A DNA stretch of 64,000 bases, from the NCBI GenBank assembly GCA_963801165.1, contig CAWDDT010000007.1:32001-96000 (forward strand). The letters are read 5' to 3'. This DNA is from an uncultured bacterium (lineage in GTDB: Bacteria; Actinomycetota; Acidimicrobiia; Spongiisociales; UBA5794). The translations under genes were made by a program, and so were the position numbers. The notes beneath the pieces were generated by a model, which was not told where the DNA came from, made no database searches, and worked only from the letters and a program-made list of their open reading frames with translations. This document shows positions 45,899-56,582 of this stretch, in pieces (the stretch's first letter is position 1; the number at the start of each line of letters is the position of its first letter).

Positions 45899-48800
45899 CT
45901 AGCGAAGTCGTTCGCATGCGGTCAGTGTGTCGTCGCCGCCGGCCGCTCTGCACCGATCCCTGTTGCCGTCACCTCCATTGAAGCTGTCGGCACCCGAGCC
46001 GTCGACAAGGAGATCGTTGGCGGCCCCTCCGAACATGGTGTCGTTGCCGGTACCGCCCTCGAGCTTGTCGCTGCCGACATCGCCGAGGAGCACGTCATCA
46101 CCGGCGCCACCGCCGATGTTGTCGTTCCCTGCGCCACCAAAGAGAATGTCATTCCCGCTCCGCCCATCAATGTTGTCGTTGCCGCCGGCGCCGAAAATTC
46201 GGTTGTCGCCGCCGTCTCCGCGGATCGTGTCATTCCTGTCGCTGCCGAAGACGTTCTCGAAGTCGACAAGGATGTCTCTTCCCCATCCTCCGGCCAAATG
46301 CGCGGCCAGGTCAACCGTTACGCCCTTTGGCGATCCTGCGAAGCTGACACGATCTCCCGGTTCGGGTATCGGGCCGCCGCTCTGCGGGTTGTCGTCGCCA
46401 CCGAACAGCATGTCGTCGCCGCCGCGGCCGTTGATGACGTCGTTCCCTGCTGCTCCGTAGATTCGGTTGTTGTGGTCATCCCCGGAGATGTCATCGCCGT
46501 AATCCGTGCCGAATACGTTCTCGAATCCGGTGACCGTGTCTGAACCCCACCCAGAGGCCATGCCGGCCTCGAGGTCGACGGACACACCCAGCGGCCCTCC
46601 TGCGAAAGTCAGGCGATCCCCTGGTTCGGGAATGGGGCCGTCGATCAGCGATGTCTGGTTGCCCCCATCGAGGCGGTCGTCGCCGCCACGGCCGTTGATC
46701 ACGTCATTTCCGTCGTTGCCCCTGATGACGTTCGCGGCCTGGTCGCCTTGGAGGCGGTCACCGAAGGCCGACCCTTCGAGGTTCTCGATCCCGGTTAGCT
46801 GGTCAAGCCCCTCACCCGTCCCGATCCCTTCGACCAGATCAACGCTGACCGCAGCCACCGAATTCGAGTAGTCGGCGGTGTCGACGCCGGGGCCACTGTC
46901 GGGTCCGCCGTCGCCGTCGAGAATGTCGTCGCCCGGGCCACCAATCAGCGTGTCGTCACCTGCTCCCCCAAGGATGATGTCGTTGCCACCCCCGCCGTAG
47001 ATGATGTCGTTGCCTCCAAGACCGCAGATCACTTCGGAGTCTTCTGTTCCCATGAGGCCCAGGTCGTCTCCCGGGGTACCCCGGATGTCACATATGTCGG
47101 AGCTCACCTGGATGGTGTCAGCGCCACAGCCGCCATCGTCGTCGCACACCTCAACCGTCACGGTGGCGGAAACGCCGCTGTCGTAGCCAGTCGAGAGGGT
47201 GGCTTCGACGGAGGAGCCGGAGATCGGCGCCGACTGCCAACCGTTGCCGTCGCCCCAATCGACCTGTGCAGTGTGAGTGTCGTTGGCGCCTGGATCATCA
47301 AAGGAAGCGGTGACTGTAACCGGATCTCCCGGCGGTACCGTCTGGTCCTCGCCGGCGTTCACCGTCGGTGTCACGTTCCCAATCGCGAGTTCGGCGGTTG
47401 CCGACACCACCACACCGGACTCCGTTGCCGTCAGCGTTATGAGATAGGTGCCATCGTCGGTACACGTGATGGTCGTCTCGGAGGCGGCGGCGTCAGTAAA
47501 CACGCAGGTCGCTCCAGGGTCGACGTTGTTGGTGGCGGCGTATGACCAGGCCTTGGCCGGGGTGCCATCCGGATCGGTAGCCGATCCCGCGACCGTCACC
47601 GGGGCACCTTCAGATCCGGAGTACGGACCGCCGGCGTCGACAATCGGCGGGTCGTCGACGCCCCCGACTGTGATCGAGACCGATGCGGAGTCGGTGAATC
47701 CCGTTCCGTCAGCGATCGTGTACTCGAACGAGTCGGCACCGGCGAAGTTGGGGGCCGGAACGTAGTGAATGGTGCTATCAGGATTGACGGTGGCAGTGCC
47801 ATGCTGCGGCGCCGTCACCTCAATGATTGACAACGAGTCCCCGTTCGGGTCTGAGTCGTTGGCGAGGACGTCGATGTCCACCTCACCGTCCTCGCCCACG
47901 GATGCCATGTCGTCTGCTGCCTCGGGAGGCATCGCCGCCTCCGTCACGGTCACCGTCACGTCGGCCGTGTCGCATAACGAGGTTGTGTCACATATCGAGT
48001 AGGTGAAAGTGTCGAATCCCACAAAGCCAGCGGCCGGCGTGTATACGACCGTTCCATCGCCTCCGGGTGAGCTCGAGCCGTTTGCCGGCGCCAACTCGAT
48101 CACAACCGAAGCCAGATCGAGGTTGCCGTCGGGGTCTGTGTCGTTGGAGGCCACATCAATCACCACCGACGTGTCCTGGGTCGTAGTGGCTGCGTCGTCG
48201 ATGGCCACCGGTGCTTCCGGACCGAGAACCGTGATATCCACCGTCGCCGGGTCCGACGTTCGGACACCGTCAGACACGGTGAAGGAGAATGAATCGGCGA
48301 CCGTCCCGACTTGGGGCGTGTAGTCGACCGTGGCCGTGCAGCCCGTTGCGGTGCAGTCGGGCGCAGATATCGCCGAGAGGGCACCGCCCGTGGGTGAGGC
48401 AGAGACGGCGAATGTCAGAGGATCGCCATCCGGGTCGGATCCGGACAGCGAGATCGGAGTCGCCACGCCGGCGGTGACGCTGATCGACGACGGAGAAGCG
48501 GCAGGGCTCTGGTCGAGTTGGCCGACCCCAACTACGTAGACCGGAGTGGCGGACCATTCGTTCTGCCCAATCGGCTCCGGCCCATCGCCGAGCTCCCCGG
48601 ATCCGTCCCCGCCCCAGCACACCAGCGACCAGTCACCGAGCACGGCGCAAGCATGTGACTCTCCCACCGAGATCGCCCTGACCCCGGTCAGCGCGTCGCC
48701 GGATTCGTCCGGTGCGACCACCGTCTGTGGGGTTGGCTGATCACCCGTTGCCCCATCGTCACCTGTTCCCAACCGGCCGTTATTCATTTGACCCCAGCAC

Positions 48801-49807
48801 CGGACCTCGCCGACGGCCAGGAGAGCGCAAGTGTGTAGCCTCCCTGCGCCGATGGAGACGGCGGCTGCCAGGGACTCCACCTTCTGTGGCGTGGCGTGGG
48901 GAAGTCCGGGAGGACTGCCGAGCTGTCCAGAACTATTCGCTCCCCAGCAGTACACGTCCCCGTCCTCGGTTACCACGCACGTGTGGCTTTGGACCTTGGC
49001 CGTCGAGATGCCCGCTGCTTTCACGTCGGGGGGCAACGCCACTTGTTGAGGGCTGGCGCTTGGACCACCAGCCGCGCCGTTACCCAACTGGCCGTCGAAG
49101 TCGGCGCCCCAGCACCATGTGCTTCCGTCGTCGAGGATGACACAGGTGTCCAACCAGCCAGCTGCGATCGCAACGGCACCGGAGAGCTCAGTCCCACTTT
49201 GATAGAGAACCGGGACGGGAATCGATCGATTGGTCGTGGAACCGTCGCCGAGCTGTCCGTAGGCGTTTGCACCCCAGCAGCGGATCGTGCCGCCTGCCAT
49301 GAGGGCGCAGCCGTGGTCCGCTCCCACCGCAATCTGTGCGATCCCGCTCAGCGGCGTGCCTGTTTCATCCGCTACGACATCAGTCGGGAACGGAGCGTCT
49401 ACGAACTCGCCCGTTCCCAGCTGACCCTTATCGCCGGCACCCCAACACTCGGCCCTGCCCGTGGCGAGTAACGAGCAACCGAAATCGCTGCCCGCAGCGA
49501 CCGCGACTGCACCGCCGATTGGCGTTCCGTTGCTGTCAACGATCCGCTGTGCGATGTCGCTCTGCGATGGGTTCTGAAGCGACGTCATCGCTCCCCAGCA
49601 CCATACGTCCGTGTCGCCGTCCACAACACACGAGTTGAAGGTGCCCATGCTCATGCGCCCGTGAATACCAGCCAAAGCAGCGCTCTGACCGGAGTCGGCC
49701 AACGACGCGGGTGCGGCCGATCCGAGTTGTAGCGCCGTCGCTACCAACATCGTTACCAAGAACACTGTACGCCGACGCGGCACACCTCTGCGGTTTGTTC
49801 CCTGCAT
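45899..49807 (-). CDS. Large secreted protein: RCC1/BLIP-II beta-propeller, Ig/cadherin-like and PKD domains, RTX-like Ca-binding repeats
   Basis: Signal peptide; repeated H.C.....G.V.CWG.N..GQLG; APVAIDD/DVLANDSD/YTP..GF.G.D.FTY; GGAGDD.L.G nonapeptides. Confidence 0.85.
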   Translation of the reverse strand: MQGTNRRGVPRRRTVFLVTMLVATALQLGSAAPASLADSGQSAALAGIHGRMSMGTFNSCVVDGDTDVWCWGAMTSLQNPSQSDIAQRIVDSNGTPIGGAVAVAAGSDFGCSLLATGRAECWGAGDKGQLGTGEFVDAPFPTDVVADETGTPLSGIAQIAVGADHGCALMAGGTIRCWGANAYGQLGDGSTTNRSIPVPVLYQSGTELSGAVAIAAGWLDTCVILDDGSTWCWGADFDGQLGNGAAGGPSASPQQVALPPDVKAAGISTAKVQSHTCVVTEDGDVYCWGANSSGQLGSPPGLPHATPQKVESLAAAVSIGAGRLHTCALLAVGEVRCWGQMNNGRLGTGDDGATGDQPTPQTVVAPDESGDALTGVRAISVGESHACAVLGDWSLVCWGGDGSGELGDGPEPIGQNEWSATPVYVVGVGQLDQSPAASPSSISVTAGVATPISLSGSDPDGDPLTFAVSASPTGGALSAISAPDCTATGCTATVDYTPQVGTVADSFSFTVSDGVRTSDPATVDITVLGPEAPVAIDDAATTTQDTSVVIDVASNDTDPDGNLDLASVVIELAPANGSSSPGGDGTVVYTPAAGFVGFDTFTYSICDTTSLCDTADVTVTVTEAAMPPEAADDMASVGEDGEVDIDVLANDSDPNGDSLSIIEVTAPQHGTATVNPDSTIHYVPAPNFAGADSFEYTIADGTGFTDSASVSITVGGVDDPPIVDAGGPYSGSEGAPVTVAGSATDPDGTPAKAWSYAATNNVDPGATCVFTDAAASETTITCTDDGTYLITLTATESGVVVSATAELAIGNVTPTVNAGEDQTVPPGDPVTVTASFDDPGANDTHTAQVDWGDGNGWQSAPISGSSVEATLSTGYDSGVSATVTVEVCDDDGGCGADTIQVSSDICDIRGTPGDDLGLMGTEDSEVICGLGGNDIIYGGGGNDIILGGAGDDTLIGGPGDDILDGDGGPDSGPGVDTADYSNSVAAVSVDLVEGIGTGEGLDQLTGIENLEGSAFGDRLQGDQAANVIRGNDGNDVINGRGGDDRLDGGNQTSLIDGPIPEPGDRLTFAGGPLGVSVDLEAGMASGWGSDTVTGFENVFGTDYGDDISGDDHNNRIYGAAGNDVINGRGGDDMLFGGDDNPQSGGPIPEPGDRVSFAGSPKGVTVDLAAHLAGGWGRDILVDFENVFGSDRNDTIRGDGGDNRIFGAGGNDNIDGRSGNDILFGGAGNDNIGGGAGDDVLLGDVGSDKLEGGTGNDTMFGGAANDLLVDGSGADSFNGGDGNRDRCRAAGGDDTLTACERLR

Positions 49808-49916
49808 TATCCGTCCCTCCCGATCCGCAACCGATCCTACGCAGGCATATTGTGGAATGGGCGTGATTCTCGGCCATCCCCGCATTGGCGGTGGCGACCT
49901 GTGGCACACTGGCGGC

Positions 49917-50771
49917 ATGATCGATCTCGGCGCCGAGATATCCGCCGCCCTCGACTGCGTGGTGGTGACGATGACTCCGCTCGGTGGTGGTGACGTCGCC
50001 GACAGCTATCGAGCCGTTCTCGATGATGGGCGAGCCGTCTTCGCCAAGACCAAGAGAGACGCCGCAACCGGGTTCTTCGTCACCGAGGCGGTCGGGCTCG
50101 GCTGGTTACGTGAGGCGGGCGCGGCTGCGGTTCCTGAGGTGCTTGCTGTATCGGACGACCCGCCGTTCCTGATCCTGGACTGGATCGAGCCTGGATACCC
50201 GACCGGGACGACCGAGAGCGACTTCGGCCGTGCCCTCGCCGCGTTGCACCGGGCGGGTGCGCCCTTCTTTGGGCGGGAGGATCGCCGCACTACCGGTAGC
50301 CGTGGGCTGCCAAACGATCCGGAGACCTCGTGGGCGGAGTTCTACGCAGAGCAACGCCTGGTGCCCCTGGCACGCCTGTGCCGGGACTCAGGCTCTTTGC
50401 CGAAGCGGGCGATCGCCGGGCTCGAGTCTGTAGCGAACCGCATCGACGATCTGGCGCCGCCCGAGGAGCCGCCATCCCGGCTGCACGGTGACCTCTGGGC
50501 GGGCAACCGTCTCGTCGGAGCGGGTGGAGTGAGCTGGCTCATCGACCCCGCAGCCTTCGGCGGGCATCGTGAGTTCGACCTGGCCATGATGCGTCTGTTT
50601 GGTGGTTTCGGCCGCGATTGCTTCGCCGCCTACGAGGAGACGTTCCCGCTTGCTGCGGGTTGGGAGTGGCGGATCCCGCTGCACCAGCTCGCCCCGCTGG
50701 CGGTACACGCCATCAAGTTCGGTGGCTCCTATGTTTCGGCGACCCAACATGCCCTGGATGCTTTGCGATAG
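49917..50771 (+). CDS. Fructosamine/ketosamine-3-kinase family protein
   Basis: LGGGD, FAK, EA.GL.WL, RLHGDLWAGN, LIDPAAFGGHREFDLAM. Confidence 0.9.
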   Translation: MIDLGAEISAALDCVVVTMTPLGGGDVADSYRAVLDDGRAVFAKTKRDAATGFFVTEAVGLGWLREAGAAAVPEVLAVSDDPPFLILDWIEPGYPTGTTESDFGRALAALHRAGAPFFGREDRRTTGSRGLPNDPETSWAEFYAEQRLVPLARLCRDSGSLPKRAIAGLESVANRIDDLAPPEEPPSRLHGDLWAGNRLVGAGGVSWLIDPAAFGGHREFDLAMMRLFGGFGRDCFAAYEETFPLAAGWEWRIPLHQLAPLAVHAIKFGGSYVSATQHALDALR

Positions 50772-50856
50772 CGCTCCCGGTCCCTGGGGTCGGTCGGCCA
50801 CCTCGAGAGTCGGCACAAAAGGCTCAAGATCGGTCCGGCAAGACCGAACACATCCC

Positions 50857-51462
50857 ATGACCTTATATGTCGGTTCATTGCGGATAGCCGAGACAAATGA
50901 CGTGGTCGAAGCCCAGTTCGACGTCGCCGAAGATGAGCTCACCGTCAGTACAGATGGCGAGCAGCTGGGAACCTGGCCGCTGCGCGAGATCGGCCTCGAC
51001 GACACCGGGACAGAGATCTATATGGCACTCGGTGGCGAAGATGTCATCGTCAACATGCGCGATCGCGATGCGTTCGTGGCTGCAATCACACCTCCCAAGA
51101 AAGCTAGAGCCCGCCATGCCAAGCCGAAGCGGACCAGGCCGGAGATGCCCCACATGCTGGGTGCGGTCCGCCGGTTGGTGGACCGTGACCAGTGGCGGGA
51201 CTGGCTGTCGGACCGATTGGTTCGGTGGGTCATTGCGTCGGGCGTCGTCATCATCGTGGCGTTGCTGGCGCTCTTTGCCACGAGCAGCCTGGGCATGGTC
51301 CTCGTACTCGGGGGCATGGTCGCCATGGTGATCGCCGCCCTCGCCGTCAGCGAGGATCTGAGCGCGGTCAGTTGGGTGCCGGAGCAGCTGTCCGAAGCGA
51401 CTCTCGTGATGATTGGTGTCGCGGCCATGGCACTCGGCGGTCTTCTGATCTTTCTCGACTGA
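50857..51462 (+). CDS. Hypothetical membrane protein (soluble N-domain, 3 C-terminal TMs)
   Basis: Codon-biased ORF filling the gap between neighbours; hydrophobic C-terminus. Confidence 0.65.
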   Translation: MTLYVGSLRIAETNDVVEAQFDVAEDELTVSTDGEQLGTWPLREIGLDDTGTEIYMALGGEDVIVNMRDRDAFVAAITPPKKARARHAKPKRTRPEMPHMLGAVRRLVDRDQWRDWLSDRLVRWVIASGVVIIVALLALFATSSLGMVLVLGGMVAMVIAALAVSEDLSAVSWVPEQLSEATLVMIGVAAMALGGLLIFLD

Positions 51463-51492
51463 GAACGCCTCGACTGAGAACGCATCGGCGAC

Positions 51493-52461
51493 TCAGGGCA
51501 CTAGAAGCACCTTGCCCGACGTCTCGCGACTCTCGAGCGCCCGGTGGGCGGCCGCCGCCTCGGCGAGTGGCATCGTCCTGTCGACGTTGAGATCCAGATC
51601 ACCTTTCGTGATCAGAGCAGTCAACGCATCCACACGCGCTAGCAATGTTTCCCGGTCGGGTATGTAGCTGCCCAACGTGGGTCTGGTCACGTAAAGCGAG
51701 CCGAGCCTTGCCAGGACACCGAGATCGAACGGTGGCACGACCCCGCTCGACTGGCCGAACAGGACCATGAGACCGCGCGGTTTGAGCAGCATGAGCCCCC
51801 TCTCGAACGTTGCGGCGCCGACACCGTCGTAAACGACGTCGAGAGAACGATCCCCTGCGATTTGCTCGACCGCCTCCACGAAGTCTTCATCGGTGTAGTT
51901 GATGACGTGGGTTGCGCCCGCTTCCCCGGCTAGTGCAGCCTTGCTCGCGCTCGAGACCGTCGTGAAGACCTCGGCGCCGGCCCGGCGGGCCAGTTGAACC
52001 AGCAAACGTCCGACGCCACCGGCGCCGGCGTGAACCAGACAGCGATGATCCGACGAGAGATGGAAGACGCTGGTGGCCAGGTAATGGGCGGTGATCCCTT
52101 GCATCATCATCGCCGCGGCGTCCATCAGAGAGATACTCTCCGGAACCGCGACGGCCCTATCGGCCGCTATGACGACGTTCTCCGCATAGGAGCCGAGCTG
52201 ATCCGCCCACGCGACCCGATCACCCTTGTGAAAGCCCGTGACCCCGGGACCGGTGGCTTCTACCACTCCGCTGCCCTCCAGCCCTGGAGTGAACGGCGTT
52301 CCCACCGGGTAGATGCCGCGACGGTGGTAGGTGTCGATGTAATTGAGCCCGGCAGCAACCACGGCCACTAGGAGTTGACCCTCGGCCGGCTCGGGAAGCG
52401 GTGTCTCTTCCCAGACCAGTTGCTCGGGACCGCCCGGCTGGTGAACCCGTATCGAATGCAT
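51493..52461 (-). CDS. qor: NADPH:quinone oxidoreductase (zeta-crystallin family)
   Basis: [43 protein letters not shown]. Confidence 0.88.
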   Translation of the reverse strand: MHSIRVHQPGGPEQLVWEETPLPEPAEGQLLVAVVAAGLNYIDTYHRRGIYPVGTPFTPGLEGSGVVEATGPGVTGFHKGDRVAWADQLGSYAENVVIAADRAVAVPESISLMDAAAMMMQGITAHYLATSVFHLSSDHRCLVHAGAGGVGRLLVQLARRAGAEVFTTVSSASKAALAGEAGATHVINYTDEDFVEAVEQIAGDRSLDVVYDGVGAATFERGLMLLKPRGLMVLFGQSSGVVPPFDLGVLARLGSLYVTRPTLGSYIPDRETLLARVDALTALITKGDLDLNVDRTMPLAEAAAAHRALESRETSGKVLLVP

Positions 52462-52543
52462 ACCCTGGGCAGCATACCGATCGACCGGGTGCGATAGTGT
52501 CTGGTCACGGGCTCGAGTCGCCCGAAGCCGACACGGAGAGACA

Positions 52544-54172
52544 ATGGTCCTCAACCAAGACGCAAAGGAATGGGTTGCGCTGCGCAACCACCGTGACGAG
52601 ACGTCGTTCGAGCTGCGGGAGCTGTTTGCGGCCGATCCCCAGCGAGCGGAGCGATTCACCTACGGGGCGGGCGACCTGGTGGTCGACCTCTCCAAGCACC
52701 TCGTCGACGCCACCACGATGGCGTTGCTGGTGCAGCTCGCCGAGTCCTCAGGTCTCGAAGCCCGTATCGAGGGCATGTTCTCGGGAGAGCACATCAACAC
52801 CACCGAGGACCGGGCGGTCCTGCACACTGCGCTGCGCGCAGCGTCCGGCGATGACTTCAGCGCCGATGGAGTCGATGTCGTTCCCGAGGTACATGCCGTC
52901 CTCGATGCGATGGGCGTATTCGCCGAACGAGTCCGCTCCGGGGATTGGCGGGGCCATAGCGGGATGCCGATCCACACCGTGGTGAACATCGGGATCGGCG
53001 GCTCCGATCTGGGCCCCTTGATGTCGTACAGGGCGCTGCGGCACTATCGACACCCCGAGATCGAAGTCCGCTTCGTCTCCAACATCGACCCGGCCCACCT
53101 GGTGGCTGCGCTGGCCGACCTCGATCCTGCGGAGACCCTTTTCGTGATTGCCTCAAAGACGTTCACGACTCTCGAGACGCTCACCAACGCCCGGGCCGCA
53201 AGAGACTGGACTCTCGAGCGGTTCAGCGGTGACGAGACCTCGATCGCCAAGCACTTCGTGGCCGTCTCAACCAACGAGGAGGAAGTCGGCGCGTTCGGCA
53301 TCGACACCGCCAACATGTTTGGGTTCTGGGACTGGGTCGGGGGCCGATACTCCTTCGACTCGGCAATCGGGCTCTCGCTGATGATCGCCATAGGACCGCG
53401 TCCTTTCAGCGAGATGCTCGGCGGATTCCGGGCTATGGACCAGCACTTCCGTACGACGCCGTTCGACCGCAACATCCCGGTCCTACTCGGCCTGATCGGC
53501 ATTTGGTACCGCAACGTCCTCGGCTTCCCCACCTATGCGGTGCTGCCCTACTCCCAGGATCTCGGCAGGTTCCCGGCCTACCTGCAACAGCTCGACATGG
53601 AATCGAACGGCAAGCGAGTGCGGCTGGACGGCTCGCCGGTCGACACGGACACGGGTCCGATCCTGTGGGGAGAGCCGGGGACCAACGGTCAGCATGCCTT
53701 CTTCCAGCTGCTCCACCAGGGAACCAGCGTCGTTCCGTCTGATCTCATCGGATTCTTCGAGGCGACCGACGATATCGGGCTCCAACACGACCTCCTTGTG
53801 GCAAATCTGTTCGCCCAGGCGGAGGCGCTGGCTTTTGGCAAGACCGCCGACGAGGTGAGGGCCTCGGGTGTCGTGCCCGACCAGGTTCCGCACAGGACGT
53901 TCCCCGGCAACCGGCCGACCTCGATGATTCTCCTACCAAAACTGACCCCGGCGACACTCGGTCAGCTCGTCGCTCTCTACGAGCACAAGGTATTCACCCA
54001 GGGTGTGATCTGGGGCATCAACTCATTCGACCAATGGGGTGTCGAGCTGGGCAAGGTCCTGGCAACAAAAATCATCGGCGAGCTCGCCGACCCTTCGCTC
54101 AGCCTCGACCACGACGCATCGACGAATGCGCTGATCGAGCGCTACCGCAATCGGCGCCACCCGGGGACCTAG
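52544..54172 (+). CDS. pgi: Glucose-6-phosphate isomerase
   Basis: [64 protein letters not shown]. Confidence 0.97.
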   Translation: MVLNQDAKEWVALRNHRDETSFELRELFAADPQRAERFTYGAGDLVVDLSKHLVDATTMALLVQLAESSGLEARIEGMFSGEHINTTEDRAVLHTALRAASGDDFSADGVDVVPEVHAVLDAMGVFAERVRSGDWRGHSGMPIHTVVNIGIGGSDLGPLMSYRALRHYRHPEIEVRFVSNIDPAHLVAALADLDPAETLFVIASKTFTTLETLTNARAARDWTLERFSGDETSIAKHFVAVSTNEEEVGAFGIDTANMFGFWDWVGGRYSFDSAIGLSLMIAIGPRPFSEMLGGFRAMDQHFRTTPFDRNIPVLLGLIGIWYRNVLGFPTYAVLPYSQDLGRFPAYLQQLDMESNGKRVRLDGSPVDTDTGPILWGEPGTNGQHAFFQLLHQGTSVVPSDLIGFFEATDDIGLQHDLLVANLFAQAEALAFGKTADEVRASGVVPDQVPHRTFPGNRPTSMILLPKLTPATLGQLVALYEHKVFTQGVIWGINSFDQWGVELGKVLATKIIGELADPSLSLDHDASTNALIERYRNRRHPGT

Positions 54173-54228
54173 CGCTCCGGTCGCCACAAATTGCCATCGA
54201 TCGCTGTCAAGCGTATCCGCGGACAAGA

Positions 54229-54278
54229 GTTCACATTCGTGTCACACAAGGGTGTGTTTCGGTTCACCTGGTGTACCT
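54229..54278 (+). promoter_or_regulatory. PHO-box-like 11-bp direct repeats upstream of pstS
   Basis: GTTCAC 54229, TGTCAC 54240, GTTCAC 54262, all in 11-bp register. Confidence 0.65.
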
Positions 54279-54377
54279 ACTTTGCATCACAACCGGGCGA
54301 GCGTGGCTGGGCCCCAACGGAATGGTGGGCACCGGCTCAGTGAGTAGCCCGGCAGCGGAACACTTAGGAAGGTATCA

Positions 54378-55484
54378 ATGAGATCCTTTAGTTGGAGAAT
54401 TCTCGTTGCCTCGTTGGCCGTCTTTGCGCTGCTGGTTGGCGCGTGCGGCGGTGACAACACCGGCACGACGACGACGGCGGGTACGGGTGAGGCCACAACG
54501 GCAGGGGAAAAGCTCTCCGCCGACCTGCTCGGCGCCGGAGCATCGTTCCCGGCGCCCATCTACCAGGAGTGGATAGGCGAGTACCAGACGACGGTACAGC
54601 CCGGAGTGTCGATCAACTACCAGTCGATCGGATCGGGTGGTGGCGTCGAGCAGTTCATCGGCCTGCAAACCGATTTTGGTGCGTCCGACGCCTTCCTCTC
54701 CGATGAGGATCTCGCCGCCGCTCATGACGCTCGCGGCTGTGATGCCGTCCATATCCCGACGGTGTTCGGCGCCGTTTCTATCGGCTACAACCTGGAAGGG
54801 ATCGACAAGCTCATTCTGGACGGCCCGACGCTTGCCGACATCTTCCTCGGAAACATCGACAATTGGAGCGACCCGGCCCTAGCCGCGCTCAACCCGGCGG
54901 TGACGCTGCCTGATGAGCCCATAATCGTGGCGCATCGGTCGGACGGTTCGGGAACCACCAGCATTTTCACCACCTATCTCTCCGATGTCTCTCAGGCTTG
55001 GGCAGACGGGCCCGGCAAGGGCAAAGACGTCGAATGGCCGGCCCCGAACTCGGTTGGCGGTGAGAAGAACGACGGTGTTGCTGCCCAGATCCAGCAGAAC
55101 CCCGGTGCGGTCGGGTATATCGAACTCTCGTATGCCATCGAGACCGACATCCCGGTCGCCGACATGGTGAACGCCGACGGCAACGCCATCACCCCGACGC
55201 TGGAGTCGACCGCGGCCGCTGCCGACGGGATCACGATCCCGGACGACCTGCGGTTCAACATTCTCGGTGTGGGCGGCGACGGCTACCCGATCGCCGGCGC
55301 CACCTGGCTCCTGGTGTGGAAGTGCGGGTACGACGAGAGCACGACGGCGGCGCTCAAAGACTGGATCACCTGGGATCTGACCCAGGGCGACGACCTGGCT
55401 CGGGAACTGCTCTATTCGCCGCTTCCGGACTCTCTCCAGGAGAAGGCTCTCGCCAAGGTTGATCTGATCAACTCGGAGGGTTGA
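54378..55484 (+). CDS. pstS: Phosphate ABC transporter substrate-binding lipoprotein
   Basis: GAGASFP, YQSIGSGGG, DFGASD, HRSDGSGTT, YPI. Confidence 0.96.
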   Translation: MRSFSWRILVASLAVFALLVGACGGDNTGTTTTAGTGEATTAGEKLSADLLGAGASFPAPIYQEWIGEYQTTVQPGVSINYQSIGSGGGVEQFIGLQTDFGASDAFLSDEDLAAAHDARGCDAVHIPTVFGAVSIGYNLEGIDKLILDGPTLADIFLGNIDNWSDPALAALNPAVTLPDEPIIVAHRSDGSGTTSIFTTYLSDVSQAWADGPGKGKDVEWPAPNSVGGEKNDGVAAQIQQNPGAVGYIELSYAIETDIPVADMVNADGNAITPTLESTAAAADGITIPDDLRFNILGVGGDGYPIAGATWLLVWKCGYDESTTAALKDWITWDLTQGDDLARELLYSPLPDSLQEKALAKVDLINSEG

Positions 55485-55511
55485 TCGCCCTGCTCCAACG
55501 AAACGCGGCAT

Positions 55512-55546
55512 GGCTCTGCGGACCTCTGTTGCAGGTCCGCAGAGCC
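55512..55546 (+). terminator. Intercistronic stem-loop after pstS (attenuating or mRNA-stabilising)
   Basis: GGCTCTGCGGACCT-N7-AGGTCCGCAGAGCC perfect 14-bp inverted repeat. Confidence 0.7.
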
Positions 55547-55586
55547 TGCCGGTACATTCGAGGCCGAGGACGGACGTGGAGGACCG

Positions 55587-56582
55587 ATGACAGCAACGGA
55601 CACGACTGATGGTGTGGCCGGCAGACCCTCGCTCGCGGGGACGAAGTCGTCCGCCGACAAGTGGTTCCGCTGGCTTCTGACCATCGCCGGAACGAGCGTG
55701 CTGGTCATCCTGGCGACGATGATGATGTTCACCGTCATCGATGCCTGGCCCGTATTCCGCCACGAAGGGTGGAGCTTCGTCTTCAGTTCCACCTGGGACC
55801 CGGGCGTTTCCCGCACCGAGATCACCGGCCAGTATGGGGCCCTGGCGTTCATCGTCGGGACGCTGCTGACCTCGGCGATCGCATTGGTGGTGGCCGTTCC
55901 CCTGTCCATCGGAACGGCTCTGTACCTGACGCACGCGGCACCTCGGGCGATCAAGAACCCGCTCACATATGCGGTGGAGTTGCTCGCGGCAGTGCCGAGC
56001 GTTGTCTACGGGCTGTGGGGTTTACTGTTCTTTGTCCCGGTGGTTTTACGGCCGATCATGAACTTCGTCGCCCGGACCCTCGGGAGCTTTATCCCGTTCC
56101 TCGGTCCGCCGGTCGTCACCTACAACTACTTCGCCGCCGGAATCGTGCTGGCCATCATGGTGCTGCCCATCATCACGGCAGTGACGCGTGAGGTCATGTC
56201 GAAGACCCCGGCGAGCGAGATCGCTGCGGCATATGCGTTGGGGGCGACGAGGTGGGAGATGATGCGGTTCGTCGTCCTGCACCGGGCTCGTCCCGGAATC
56301 ATCGGAGCGACGATGCTCGGGCTGGGCAGAGCGCTCGGTGAGACGATCGCCGTCGCCATGCTCGTCGGCGGCTCGAAACTGATCGGGCACAGCGTTTTCC
56401 TCGGTGGACAATCAATGGCCGGGATCATCGCGGTGACATTCCAGGAGGCGGCTCCCGAGAACGTCAAGGCACTCATCGGTGTCGGCGTCGTTCTGTTCGT
56501 GATCACGATCATCGTCAATGTGGCTGCACGGGGGATTGTGTTACTCACGGGGGGCCACGTCACCGGAGATGCGGCGCTATGA
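55587..56582 (+). CDS. pstC: Phosphate ABC permease
   Basis: ELLAAVPSVVYGLWG, ALGATRWE, GRALGETIAV. Confidence 0.95.
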   Translation: MTATDTTDGVAGRPSLAGTKSSADKWFRWLLTIAGTSVLVILATMMMFTVIDAWPVFRHEGWSFVFSSTWDPGVSRTEITGQYGALAFIVGTLLTSAIALVVAVPLSIGTALYLTHAAPRAIKNPLTYAVELLAAVPSVVYGLWGLLFFVPVVLRPIMNFVARTLGSFIPFLGPPVVTYNYFAAGIVLAIMVLPIITAVTREVMSKTPASEIAAAYALGATRWEMMRFVVLHRARPGIIGATMLGLGRALGETIAVAMLVGGSKLIGHSVFLGGQSMAGIIAVTFQEAAPENVKALIGVGVVLFVITIIVNVAARGIVLLTGGHVTGDAAL

